From positions 1-64,000 of the forward strand of contig JBGAJQ010000003.1 in the NCBI GenBank assembly GCA_044224875.1: a stretch of 64,000 nt of DNA, in the 5' to 3' direction. The position numbers and the translations under genes are program-made. Below, in pieces: positions 50,745 through 60,239 of the stretch. The notes under the pieces are model-generated. The model saw only the letters and a list, made by a program, of their open reading frames with translations, was not told the DNA's origin and searched no databases. The stretch comes from Gemmatimonadaceae bacterium. GTDB lineage: Bacteria; Gemmatimonadota; Gemmatimonadetes; Gemmatimonadales; Gemmatimonadaceae. Within the stretch, counting starts at the first letter, position 1. Each line of letters starts with the position of its first letter.

Positions 50745-50778
50745 AAACAAAACCGCCCCCCACTTCGTGTGAGGGGCG
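50745..50778 (-). terminator. Probable intrinsic terminator
   Basis: Minus strand CGCCCCTCACACGAAGTGGGGGGCG followed by GTTTTGTTT. Confidence 0.5.
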
Positions 50779-50792
50779 ACGCTTGACGTCGT

Positions 50793-51074
50793 TCAGCCGA
50801 CGCTCACGGCCGCTGCAGTCGCGGCCGGGGCCTTTGGCGGTTGCACAAACCGCTCGCCGAGTACGCGAAGCTCACCCAGTTGACGCTCCGTCAGCTCGTG
50901 GTAGCGCTCGGCCACGTACTTCATGGTGTCATCGAACCACTCAGTCTGGTGCTCCGGCTCGGAGCCAATGACACCGCATCGCATGATGTGCTGGAACAAC
51001 TCGTCACGCGCCTCATCGAACGGCGTAGGTAGCGTGACCTCCTTGGTCGTCCTTCGAACTCGGTTTTTCCCCAT
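50793..51074 (-). CDS. Small hypothetical protein
   Basis: 93-aa ORF with host-like codon usage, followed by a terminator. Confidence 0.7.
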   Translation of the reverse strand: MGKNRVRRTTKEVTLPTPFDEARDELFQHIMRCGVIGSEPEHQTEWFDDTMKYVAERYHELTERQLGELRVLGERFVQPPKAPAATAAAVSVG

Positions 51075-51315
51075 GAAGTCTCAGGCTAGAGGGTGGAAGA
51101 CAAGGCCTCAATTTAATGCACTGGCGGCAGTCGCAGAAGTTACGCAGGACGTCCCGGAAACGTTTGGGATTCTGCGTGCAAGTTGGTACGCCCAAATCTG
51201 TTGCGCATACTCATCAGTTTGGTTGCAAAGCGCGTCGTTTCGCCGTGGTTTTCTCCCCTTCGGCGCGAGTCCGGCACCGACTCGACAGGCCATCGGAAAG
51301 AGAACTGCGGCTGAG

Positions 51316-52188
51316 CTATCCGGTAGTCTCGACCACAGGGCTGGCGGACTCATGTCGTTCTGGATTCGAGGCAAGAATCCAGTCGAGGAGTTGGTCAGGC
51401 CGCTCTTCCGGAACGAGTCGGCCAACCTCGGGCGCCTCTGCGAAGCGGCCGTTCGGAAGTGCCCTGGCCAGTCCTTCGGCGGTGGCGCGATCGCAGAAGC
51501 GGTCCCGCGTGCCGCGCAGGATTAGCGCTGGCTGAGAGATCTCGGTCGGGTCGAGGTCATCTAACTCATCGTCCTCCAAGGACCGAACTAGCGTCTGGAG
51601 GTGTGCGAGGCCTTCGCGTCCCAGAAACGGCGCGAGGTATCGGCCAACGAGAATCGGAGGCATGCGCTCCCGATCACCGACGAGCGACTCCAGGTACTCC
51701 GAGAAGAGCGGCATGGCACCAAGCAATGACCGGTTCAGGCTCAGGGCGTAGCGACCCGAGGCTCGTTGAAGCTCGCGCAATTCGCGGGGCGGAAACTCGT
51801 TCAGGGACGGCGGGCTAATGAGCACGAGTCTCTGCACACGCTCGGGGCGATCGAAGGCAAGGCGAAGGGCGATGGTCGCGCCCACGTCCACTCCGACGAC
51901 CGTTGCGGCGGTCACGCGAAGGGCTGTGAGGGCCAGGTCGAGGTACGATGCTTGGGCGGCGACTCCAAAGTCGGCGGTGTAAGGGCGATCGGACTCGCCA
52001 TAGCCCAACAGGTCCGCAGCGAACGCCGTCGCCTGCCTCGTGGCGAGGCGAGGTGCAACGTGCCGCCACAGGAACGAAGACGTGGCGAATCCGTGGATCA
52101 GCAGGACCGGGGTCCCACCGAAACCATAACGCTCGACATGCAACGTTCCCGGCCCAACGGGAACGCGAAAGAGATCGCCATCGCTCAT
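51316..52188 (-). CDS. Alpha/beta hydrolase (epoxide hydrolase-like, possibly catalytically degenerate)
   Basis: LIHGF, DLLGYGES, GVDVG, RG..DRF; the expected His appears as Arg (VGRLVPEE). Confidence 0.82.
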   Translation of the reverse strand: MSDGDLFRVPVGPGTLHVERYGFGGTPVLLIHGFATSSFLWRHVAPRLATRQATAFAADLLGYGESDRPYTADFGVAAQASYLDLALTALRVTAATVVGVDVGATIALRLAFDRPERVQRLVLISPPSLNEFPPRELRELQRASGRYALSLNRSLLGAMPLFSEYLESLVGDRERMPPILVGRYLAPFLGREGLAHLQTLVRSLEDDELDDLDPTEISQPALILRGTRDRFCDRATAEGLARALPNGRFAEAPEVGRLVPEERPDQLLDWILASNPERHESASPVVETTG

Positions 52189-52348
52189 GTCATGACGATA
52201 CAGCCGGGCCGCGAGATCGCGCAGGGGTGGTTAGGCGCGGCGGCCCCTTCTGAGCATAAGCGCGGCATCCTAACTTGCTGGCGGCAGCCACGTGGACCTG
52301 ACTGATGAGGGTGTGTCAGGCCCGGCCCTTACCGGAGATGATCGACGC

Positions 52349-53161
52349 ATGGCAAAGGAACGAAAGGACGGCGGGCGCGCCCGCCCTGACGGCGCAAAGA
52401 GCGCGAAGAGCGGTGCTGGCGCGAGTAGCCCCAAGTCAGGCGTCGTGCGTTCGAGCGGTAAGGGGAACACGGGACGCTTCTACGCACTGTTGGTCCTGGT
52501 GGCGGCCGTTGGGGCCACCTTCATCGTGTACCAAATGACCCGGCCGAAGAACGTGGTGACGACGGTGGATCCGAACACGCCGTTGCCAAAGGCGGAGGGC
52601 TACCTCATTGGCAAGCCCGACGCGCCGGTACAGGTGCTGGAGTTCGCGGATTTCGAGTGTCCCGCGTGCGCCAACTTTGCCACGATCACCGAGCCGGACG
52701 TGCGGAAGCGCCTGGTGGAGACGGGCCTGGTGTCCGTGCGATTCATCGATTTCCCGCTGCCTGGTCACCAGAACACCTGGGAGGCGTCGAACGCGGCCGC
52801 CTGCGCCAACGAGCAGGGAAAGTTCTGGGAGATGCACGATCAGATCTTTGCGAACCAGGATCGGTGGGGTGGTGTGGCGACCAAGCGGCCGAAGGGCGAG
52901 CTCAAGGCGCTGGCGCAGTCGATCGGGCTCGACGTAGGCAAGTGGGAGACGTGCTACGATGACCGGAAGTACAACCTGAACATCGTGGCGAACCAGAAGG
53001 AGGGTGAGCGACGCCTGGTGGGCCAGACACCGACCTTCATCATCGGATCCAAGCTGCTTCCGGGCAGTCTGTCGTTCGACACGTTCAAGGCGTACGTCGA
53101 CACGGCGATGGCCGCATTGCCGAAGACGGCCGACAGCAGCAAGCCCGCCGCAGCCAAGTGA
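52349..53161 (+). CDS. DsbA/BdbD-like thiol-disulfide oxidoreductase, membrane anchored
   Basis: TM anchor, DAPVQVLEFADFECPAC, FPL, EQGKFWEMHD, QTPTF cis-Pro loop. Confidence 0.9.
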   Translation: MAKERKDGGRARPDGAKSAKSGAGASSPKSGVVRSSGKGNTGRFYALLVLVAAVGATFIVYQMTRPKNVVTTVDPNTPLPKAEGYLIGKPDAPVQVLEFADFECPACANFATITEPDVRKRLVETGLVSVRFIDFPLPGHQNTWEASNAAACANEQGKFWEMHDQIFANQDRWGGVATKRPKGELKALAQSIGLDVGKWETCYDDRKYNLNIVANQKEGERRLVGQTPTFIIGSKLLPGSLSFDTFKAYVDTAMAALPKTADSSKPAAAK

Positions 53162-53186
53162 GCCTGCCTAACGCCGAGAGGTTTGC

Positions 53187-53618
53187 GTGACCAAGCGGAT
53201 GCTGCTGGCGTTGATGGCGATGGCCGGGGTTGGCATCGCCACCTATCTCACGCTGTACAAGACGGGTGCCATCGGTCAGTTGGCGTGTAGTGTCGGTTCC
53301 TGTGAAACGGTCAACACCAGCCGATGGTCGCAGCTGGCCGGGCTTCCGGTGGCAGCGTGGGGGCTTGGGTTTTACGTGTTGGTGCTGGCGGTATGCCTGG
53401 CCGGCGTACAAGCGCGCTGGAGCGAGTCGGTCATTGTCTCCAAGGCGCTGGTTGGGCTGACGGCGTGGGGCGTGCTGTTCTCTGGGTGGCTCACGTACCT
53501 CGAGCTCTTCAAGATCCACGCGATTTGCGTCTGGTGCGTGACGAGCGCGGTGCTCGTTTGTGTCATGTTCCTGGTGGCGATCCTGGAGTACCGTGAGCTG
53601 ACTCGCAGCCAGCCATAG
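53187..53618 (+). CDS. Vitamin K epoxide reductase (VKOR) family protein
   Basis: Loop C...C (ACSVGSCETV), S.WS...G.PVA, CVWC; 4 TM helices. Confidence 0.92.
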   Translation: MTKRMLLALMAMAGVGIATYLTLYKTGAIGQLACSVGSCETVNTSRWSQLAGLPVAAWGLGFYVLVLAVCLAGVQARWSESVIVSKALVGLTAWGVLFSGWLTYLELFKIHAICVWCVTSAVLVCVMFLVAILEYRELTRSQP

Positions 53619-53633
53619 CCGAGAGGAGGTCGC

Positions 53634-55919
53634 GTGGCGGAACCGTCGGGATTGATGCTCGAGCAGGCGTTCGGCTTCTTTTTCGAGCACAGCGGCCAGG
53701 CGTACTACATTTTCGATCCCGACTCGCTGCGCTTCCTGGCGGTGAACGAGGCCGCGGTGCGGCGCTATGGGTACTCGCGACAGGAGTTTCGCGACATGAC
53801 CCTGCGCGACATCCGGCCCGCTGAGGACTTCCCGGCCTTCTTCGCCGCGAATTACCAACCCGGTTTGGGTGTGAAGCACGTTGGGCGCTTCCGCCACCGT
53901 TCGCGGGACGGGCGCATCATCCCGGTTGAAATCACGGCCTACGACCTCGTGTTCGAGGGTCGATACGTTCGACTGGTCGAGGCGCTCGACATGTCCGACG
54001 GCGCACAGGCCGGCCATGAGTTGCGCGAATGGGAAGATCGCTTCCGCGCGGTGGCGGAGAGCCTGAGCGAAGCCCTGATCCTGATGGACCTGAAGGGGAT
54101 CATTCAGTACGCGAATCCCACGGCCAGCCACTTTTTTGGCATGCCGCGGGAAGAGGTGATCGGACGGGACGTCCGGCAGTTCGTGCGTCCGGAGCGCCTG
54201 GCGCAGGCCGAACGGAACCTCCAGGACCGCATGCGGGGCATTGGGGCGGTGACCGAGGACGCCATCGTTCGACCTGACGGAACACTGCTGTGGGTGGAGG
54301 TGCATGCCACTCCCTTTCGCGGGCCGGACGGAACAATCACGGGGACCGTCAGCACCTTCGTCGACATCACGGCCAGACTCCGCGCCCAGCAGGAACTGGA
54401 GCACTCGTTGTCGCTGCTCAAGGCCACGCTGGAGTCGACCGCCGACGGCATCCTTGTCGTCGACCGGGCAGGCGTGGTCGCGAACTGGAACGAGAGCTTC
54501 CGGCTGATGTGGCGGATCCCGAAGGAGATGCTGGACCGGCGGGACGGTGCACAGCTGCTGCACCACGTGGCGGTGCAGCTGAAGGACCCGGATGGTTTCC
54601 TGGGAAGTGCTGCGCATATGGTCAACGTGGCGTCGAATGATGAGTCCTTCGACATTCTCGAGCTGCGAGATGGCCGCGTGCTGGAGCGCTACTCGCTGCC
54701 GCAGCGCATCGGCGAGCAGATCGTCGGCCGCGTGTGGTCGTTCCGAGACATCACCGAGCGGCGCCGGGCCGAGGCCGCCCTGCAACGCACACAGAAGATC
54801 GAAGCGATCGGCCTGCTGGCTGGCGGCGTCGCGCACGACTTCAACAACGTGCTCACGGCCATCCTGGGGAGCGCCGAGTTGGCGTTGCTGGAGACGATTG
54901 GCAACGAAGCGGCGACGGTGGAGTTGGAGGAGATTCGACGGACGGCCATGAACGCCTCCGCGCTCACCCGTCAGCTGCTCCTGTTCAGTCGCAAGCGTGA
55001 ACGTGTCGCCGAGCGTTTGGGGTTCAACGACGCCGTGCGGTCGGCTGAACGCATGCTACGGCGCCTGATCTTCGAGGACTTGCCCCTGCACTTCATGTAC
55101 GACCAGGCCGTTGGGGATGTCGTGGTGGATGCTGGGGAGATGGAACAGGTGCTGATCAACCTGGTGCTGAATGCGCGGGACGCGTGCGAGCGCGGCGGCG
55201 ACATCACCATTGCGACGTCGCGACGGCGTATCGTGAAGCCGGGGAGTCCCGGCGATGAGCTGGTGCCTCACGCCGTGTTGATCGTCTCGGACACCGGCGA
55301 GGGGATGGATGCCGGGACGCGCCAACGGGTGTTTGAACCGTTCTTCACCACCAAGCCACCCGGCAAGGGCACCGGCCTCGGCATGGCGGCGGTGCTGGCG
55401 ATCGTCGAGCGCTCGGGCGGCACGATCGAGGTGGAATCGTCGAAGGGTCGTGGAACCACTGTCACCGTCTTGCTGCCGGAGCTGGTGCGCAGCGCGCCGG
55501 CCCAGGTCACGCCCGAGGAGGTGGTGTCCGTGCAAAAGGCGACCGAGAAAGTGCTCGTGGTGGAGGACGCGCCGGCCTTGCGTCGCTCGACGCGCAAGAT
55601 GCTGGAGCAGCAGGGCTACACGGTTCGCGATGCCACCAACGGCGTAGAGGCGTTGGACCTGCTGGCCGCGGAGGGCGCCATGGCCTTCTCGTTGGTGCTG
55701 ACGGACGTCGTCATGCCGCGCATGGGGGGGCGCGAACTGGCGGGTCACATCCTGCGGCGTTGGCCGGGGCTGCGGGTGATGCTGATGACCGGGTATGACG
55801 ACGGGGGAGTCGCTGACGACGTCACGCGCAAGTTGCCGCTGCTGGAAAAGCCCTTCGCCATGAAGGACCTGGTGCAGGCGGTCCGTCGCACGCTGGACGC
55901 ACCGCTTCCCGGCGCCTAA
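53634..55919 (+). CDS. PAS-domain hybrid histidine kinase/response regulator
   Basis: Three PAS domains, AHDFNNVL, NLVLNARDA, DTGEGM, PFFTTK..GKGTGLG, C-terminal REC (LTDVVMP, KP). Confidence 0.93.
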   Translation: MAEPSGLMLEQAFGFFFEHSGQAYYIFDPDSLRFLAVNEAAVRRYGYSRQEFRDMTLRDIRPAEDFPAFFAANYQPGLGVKHVGRFRHRSRDGRIIPVEITAYDLVFEGRYVRLVEALDMSDGAQAGHELREWEDRFRAVAESLSEALILMDLKGIIQYANPTASHFFGMPREEVIGRDVRQFVRPERLAQAERNLQDRMRGIGAVTEDAIVRPDGTLLWVEVHATPFRGPDGTITGTVSTFVDITARLRAQQELEHSLSLLKATLESTADGILVVDRAGVVANWNESFRLMWRIPKEMLDRRDGAQLLHHVAVQLKDPDGFLGSAAHMVNVASNDESFDILELRDGRVLERYSLPQRIGEQIVGRVWSFRDITERRRAEAALQRTQKIEAIGLLAGGVAHDFNNVLTAILGSAELALLETIGNEAATVELEEIRRTAMNASALTRQLLLFSRKRERVAERLGFNDAVRSAERMLRRLIFEDLPLHFMYDQAVGDVVVDAGEMEQVLINLVLNARDACERGGDITIATSRRRIVKPGSPGDELVPHAVLIVSDTGEGMDAGTRQRVFEPFFTTKPPGKGTGLGMAAVLAIVERSGGTIEVESSKGRGTTVTVLLPELVRSAPAQVTPEEVVSVQKATEKVLVVEDAPALRRSTRKMLEQQGYTVRDATNGVEALDLLAAEGAMAFSLVLTDVVMPRMGGRELAGHILRRWPGLRVMLMTGYDDGGVADDVTRKLPLLEKPFAMKDLVQAVRRTLDAPLPGA

Positions 55920-56257
55920 CCGGCGTCCGGCGGGGCGATGCGCACGCTTGGCCGGTCCTCCTCGGCGGAGCGTTCCCGCTTTGGCATCAGGTCCTGGCCC
56001 AACACCACCAGCACGCGCGTTGCCACCGTGCTGGCGAGCGGTTCGGCAATGTTCATGACGCGCACGTAGGCATCGATCGCGCGGTCGAAGGACAGCTCGT
56101 CGGCCAAGGCGTCCACGAAGAGGAGTGCATTCTGCACGTGCGTCTCGATCAGTGCCTCTTCGGCGCGTGCCTGCGCCAGCCGCAACCGCCGCTCCGCCGC
56201 GTCGTCCAGCTTGCGCGGAAAGATCGTCTCCGGGAACAGGGAACGCAGGAGCGACAC
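55916..56257 (-). CDS. Hypothetical protein downstream of acs
   Basis: 113-aa ORF starting 4 nt after the acs stop. Confidence 0.65.
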   Translation of the reverse strand: MSLLRSLFPETIFPRKLDDAAERRLRLAQARAEEALIETHVQNALLFVDALADELSFDRAIDAYVRVMNIAEPLASTVATRVLVVLGQDLMPKRERSAEEDRPSVRIAPPDAG

Positions 56258-56261
56258 GTGC

Positions 56262-58226
56262 CTACCCTTCCTTGTCTTCGTATTGCGCCTTGAGGGATGC
56301 CACCACGCCAGGATCGGCCAGGGTGGTTGTATCGCCTAACGCCCGTCCCTCGGCGATATCGCGCAACAAGCGGCGCATGATCTTGCCCGACCGTGTCTTG
56401 GGAAGGTCGGCCGAGAAGAGGATATCGTCCGGCCGGGCCAGCGCACCGATTTTTTGCGCCACAAATTCGCGCAACTCGTCGCGGAGTTCGGACGATGGAT
56501 GATGCCCCGTACGCAACGTGACGAAGGCCGCCAGGGCTTGACCCTTCAGCTCATGTGTCTTGCCCACCACCGCCGCTTCGGCAACCGTCGGATGTTCGAC
56601 CAGCGCTGACTCGACTTCCATCGTGCCAATGCGATGTCCCGCCACGTTCAACACGTCATCCACACGACCCAGGATCCAGTAGTATCCATCGTCATCCCGT
56701 TTGGCGCCGTCACCGGGGAAGTAGAGATCCGGCCGGCCATCCCACTTGGTGAAGTAGGTGTTCACGTACCGCTCGTCGTCGCCCCAGATCGTGCGCAACA
56801 TGGACGGCCACGGACGCGTGAGGGCCAACAGGCCGCCGCCGGTGGGAATGACCTTCGCCGTCGAATCGAGGAGTTCGGCGAAATACCCGGGCAGCGGCTT
56901 GGTAGCGGAGCCGGGCTTGGTGTCCGTGACGCCGGGCAACGGGGAGATGACGATGGCGCCGGTTTCGGTCTGCCACCAGGTGTCCACGATGGGGCATCGC
57001 TCACCGCCGATCACGCGGTGATACCACACCCACGCTTCAGGATTGATCGGCTCGCCCACGCTGCCTAACAAGCGCAGTCGGGACAGGTCGTGCTTCGCGG
57101 GCCACTCGAGGCCCCACTTCATGAAGGCGCGGATGGCTGTGGGCGCCGTGTAAAAGACGGTGACCCCGTGTCGCTCGCAGATCTCCCAGAAGCGGTTCTT
57201 CTCCGGCCAATCCGGTGCACCCTCGTACATGACGCAGGTGGTGCCATTCGCCAGTGGGCCATAGACGAGGTAGGAGTGACCGGTGATCCAACCGACATCT
57301 GCCGTGCACCAGAACACGTCGTCGTCTTTCAGGTCAAAGACGTTGCGGGTGGTGGAGGTGACTCCGGTGAGGTATCCCCCCGTGGTGTGTACGATGCCTT
57401 TCGGCTTACCCGTGGTACCCGAGGTATAGAGGATGAACAGCACGTCCTCGGCGTCCATCGGTTCCGGCTCGCACGACGTGCTGGCGTGGGCCATCAAGCG
57501 GTGCCACCAGTGGTCACGACCTTCACGCATGTCGGCGAAGGATTCATCGCCCATGCCACCGGGCCGGCGCTGCACGACGATGACGTGCTTGACCGATGGC
57601 GCTTCTTCCAGGGCCTTGTCGGTGTTCCGCTTGAGCGGCACCACTTGGCCGCGGCGATAACCTCCGTCCGCGGTGATGACGACCTTGGCCTGCGCGTCGT
57701 TCATGCGGTCACGCAACGACTCGGGCGAAAACCCGCCGAAGACGACCGAGTGGATGGCCCCGATGCGCGCACACGCCAGCATGGCCACGGCGACTTCCGG
57801 CACCAGGGGCAGGTAGATGCCGACGCGGTCACCCTTCTGCACGCCTAACGACTTGAGGACATTGGCAAACTTCCGGACCTCGACATACAGGTCCCAGTAG
57901 GTCAATGTTCGCCGGTCACCGGGTTCTCCCTCAAAGATGATGGCGGCCTTGTTGCGTCTGGCGGTGGCGACGTGCCGGTCGACGCAGTTGGCCGCGACGT
58001 TCAGCTTGCCGCCGACAAACCACTTGGCCCACGGGGCCTGCCAGTCGAGCACCCGATCCCACGGACGCATCCAGTCCAGCGCCTTGGCCTCGTTGGCCCA
58101 ATAGGCTTCGTAATCTTCGGACGCCTTTTCATGCACGGACCAGTCACGGATGCCGGCCTGAGACCGGAATGCGTCGGACGGGGGAAACTTCCGGTTCTCC
58201 TGCAGCAGGACCGAGATGTCGGACAT
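56262..58226 (-). CDS. acs: Acetyl-CoA synthetase
   Basis: [53 protein letters not shown]. Confidence 0.97.
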   Translation of the reverse strand: MSDISVLLQENRKFPPSDAFRSQAGIRDWSVHEKASEDYEAYWANEAKALDWMRPWDRVLDWQAPWAKWFVGGKLNVAANCVDRHVATARRNKAAIIFEGEPGDRRTLTYWDLYVEVRKFANVLKSLGVQKGDRVGIYLPLVPEVAVAMLACARIGAIHSVVFGGFSPESLRDRMNDAQAKVVITADGGYRRGQVVPLKRNTDKALEEAPSVKHVIVVQRRPGGMGDESFADMREGRDHWWHRLMAHASTSCEPEPMDAEDVLFILYTSGTTGKPKGIVHTTGGYLTGVTSTTRNVFDLKDDDVFWCTADVGWITGHSYLVYGPLANGTTCVMYEGAPDWPEKNRFWEICERHGVTVFYTAPTAIRAFMKWGLEWPAKHDLSRLRLLGSVGEPINPEAWVWYHRVIGGERCPIVDTWWQTETGAIVISPLPGVTDTKPGSATKPLPGYFAELLDSTAKVIPTGGGLLALTRPWPSMLRTIWGDDERYVNTYFTKWDGRPDLYFPGDGAKRDDDGYYWILGRVDDVLNVAGHRIGTMEVESALVEHPTVAEAAVVGKTHELKGQALAAFVTLRTGHHPSSELRDELREFVAQKIGALARPDDILFSADLPKTRSGKIMRRLLRDIAEGRALGDTTTLADPGVVASLKAQYEDKEG

Positions 58227-58419
58227 GGTCTGTGACGTCGTGTAGGATGTGCGCGCACTTGGGCTTACGTGGCGCGGCCAGCTCGCTTTCGTGGCCACCG
58301 CAGATTCTGCCGATCGCACCATGAAACTGCAACGGTGGGTTCAGCCGCCGAGACTCTCGATTGGGCCGCGGCGCCTAGGCAAACGTCCCCAAGCGACGCA
58401 ATTCGCGCCTTAATCTGGC

Positions 58420-58435
58420 AGGCACGTTCCCTGCG
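58420..58435 (+). promoter_or_regulatory. Candidate sigma-54 -24/-12 promoter
   Basis: AGGCACGTTCCCTGCG (GG-N10-GC) upstream of the STAS gene. Confidence 0.4.
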
Positions 58436-58546
58436 AGTCCTGACAAAGCGCCCTCTCCGCAACGATTTGCGGAGTTGCAACTCTGGTGGCACAGGCGTCG
58501 CCACTTGGCAGCTGGGAATGGCCATTCAACGGGAGAGTGTGCCGAG

Positions 58547-58846
58547 ATGACGGATTCACTGGTGGTGGCGGCTCCAACCGCGCTAACCGCGCAAACGCGC
58601 GTTGAGTTTCGTAGTGCCGCACTCGATTGTCTGGAGCGAGCCGGCGACACGCCGGGGGGCGCCCTGACGATCGATATGTCGGAGACGCACGACATTGATG
58701 CATGTGGCCTCGGCATTTTGGTCATGGTTACCAAGCGCGCGCGGGAGCGTGGGCTGGCTACGCGGCTCTTCCGACCAAACGATGACGTGCGCTCGCTTCT
58801 CCAAACCACACGACTCGAGCCTCTCTTTCAGTTTCGAAGCGAGTAG
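58547..58846 (+). CDS. STAS-domain protein (anti-sigma antagonist-like)
   Basis: LTIDMSETHDIDACGLGILV...VRSLLQTTRL; the usual DSS phospho-Ser reads DAC. Confidence 0.8.
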   Translation: MTDSLVVAAPTALTAQTRVEFRSAALDCLERAGDTPGGALTIDMSETHDIDACGLGILVMVTKRARERGLATRLFRPNDDVRSLLQTTRLEPLFQFRSE

Positions 58847-58970
58847 GCGATCATGCGCGGGTGCGCCTTCGGGCCCGCCAGCTGAGGCGAGACCCTCCGC
58901 CGGCCTTTGACACAGGCGGGCCCCGCGTGCGTAAGGCCCTACAGCGTCACTCGACAAGCGGAGGGGATCG

Positions 58971-59249
58971 ATGGATAAGAACACAGCGATCGTGGCATTC
59001 GCGGGCATCGTTGTCGGCGGCTTGATTGTGCTGACTATTCTCAAGGCCATTCTTCCCAGCCTCACGCGTCGTCCGCCTGGGGCACTGAGCGGAAGCGATG
59101 CACTGTCCGGGCTAGCCGACCGCCTGGACCGGATGGAGGGCGCGATCGACGCCATGGCCGTGGAAGTCGAGCGAGTAGCCGAGGGGCAGCGTTACACCAC
59201 CAAGTTGTTGTCGGAGCGCGTGGCAGAACACGTGGAGCGAGTCCGATGA
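58971..59249 (+). CDS. Small TM + coiled-coil protein
   Basis: GGAGG SD; TM helix then RLDRMEGAIDAMAVEVERVAEGQRYTTKLL. Confidence 0.75.
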   Translation: MDKNTAIVAFAGIVVGGLIVLTILKAILPSLTRRPPGALSGSDALSGLADRLDRMEGAIDAMAVEVERVAEGQRYTTKLLSERVAEHVERVR

Positions 59250-59509
59250 TCATGCTGTTTGTCGGCTTGGTCGTCCTGTTGGTCGTTCCACCCACCGTGT
59301 GGTGGAGTGTCACGCACGTCGTGCCGCGCGTGCTCGAGTCGATGGGACTGCTGGGCAAGGCCGAGCTGCAAGCGCAGGAGGCTCGGTTGGCGCGCATGGA
59401 GGAGGCGATTGACGCGCTGGTCCTTCAGGTCGATCAGCTGTCTCAGTCCCAGCGGGCGATTGCGCCGGCGCAGCGTGAGCAGATGGAGCGAAACCCCGAG
59501 TTACGTTAG
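59246..59509 (+). CDS. Small TM + coiled-coil protein (paralog of previous)
   Basis: ATGA overlap; RLARMEEAIDALVLQVDQL. Confidence 0.7.
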   Translation: MIMLFVGLVVLLVVPPTVWWSVTHVVPRVLESMGLLGKAELQAQEARLARMEEAIDALVLQVDQLSQSQRAIAPAQREQMERNPELR

Positions 59510-59536
59510 GTTGCGGCGGACGCTTCCCGACACCAC

Positions 59537-60079
59537 ATGATCCATCCTTGGCACGACCTGCCGCCCGGGGCCCATCCTCCGGACGAAGTCACCGCGATCA
59601 TCGAGATCCCACGCGGCAGTCGCAACAAATATGAGCTGGACAAGAAATCCGGGCTGTTGAAACTGGACCGCGTGCTGTATTCGGCCGTGCACTATCCGGG
59701 AGACTACGGCTTCATTCCGCGCACGCTGCACGAGGATGGAGATCCGTTGGATATCCTGGTCCGCATCAACGAGCCGACGTTTCCCGGGTGCCAGATCAGC
59801 GCCCGGCCGATTGGCGTGTTGAAGATGCTGGACCGCGGTGAACCTGACGACAAGGTGCTCGCGGTCCCATCCCACGATCCGATCCAGCAGGAATACTTCG
59901 ACATTGCCGACATCCCGCGCCATTTCCTGAACGAGGTCGAGCACTTCTTCCTGATCTACAAGGACTTGGAAGGGAAGCGCATGCAGATCCTCGGCTGGGA
60001 AAAGAGCGAGGTGGCGATGCAGGTGATCCAGGAATCGGTCGCTCGGTACGAAGCCGAATTCCTCGCGACGGGGCCGTAG
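59537..60079 (+). CDS. ppa: Inorganic pyrophosphatase (family I)
   Basis: IEIP...NKYE, LDR, YGFIP.T...DGDPLD, DDK, HFF..YK.LE. Confidence 0.95.
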   Translation: MIHPWHDLPPGAHPPDEVTAIIEIPRGSRNKYELDKKSGLLKLDRVLYSAVHYPGDYGFIPRTLHEDGDPLDILVRINEPTFPGCQISARPIGVLKMLDRGEPDDKVLAVPSHDPIQQEYFDIADIPRHFLNEVEHFFLIYKDLEGKRMQILGWEKSEVAMQVIQESVARYEAEFLATGP

Positions 60080-60239
60080 CGGGCGTGGGCGCTCGACGGC
60101 TTACCGTAGTGGCCGGCGGACGCGGTACGGCGCGCGGCGATCTTCCCTCATTTCGTTCATAACACCGGCTCGACCTCCGCCGGGCGAATACGCGGGATAG
60201 CGAACACCTCTCTTCGTTCGCCGCGCGGTCACCAGGTCG

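Noticed and set aside
53085..54836. 583-aa minus-strand ORF
   Set aside because: Antisense to VKOR and the hybrid kinase; no recognisable domain.
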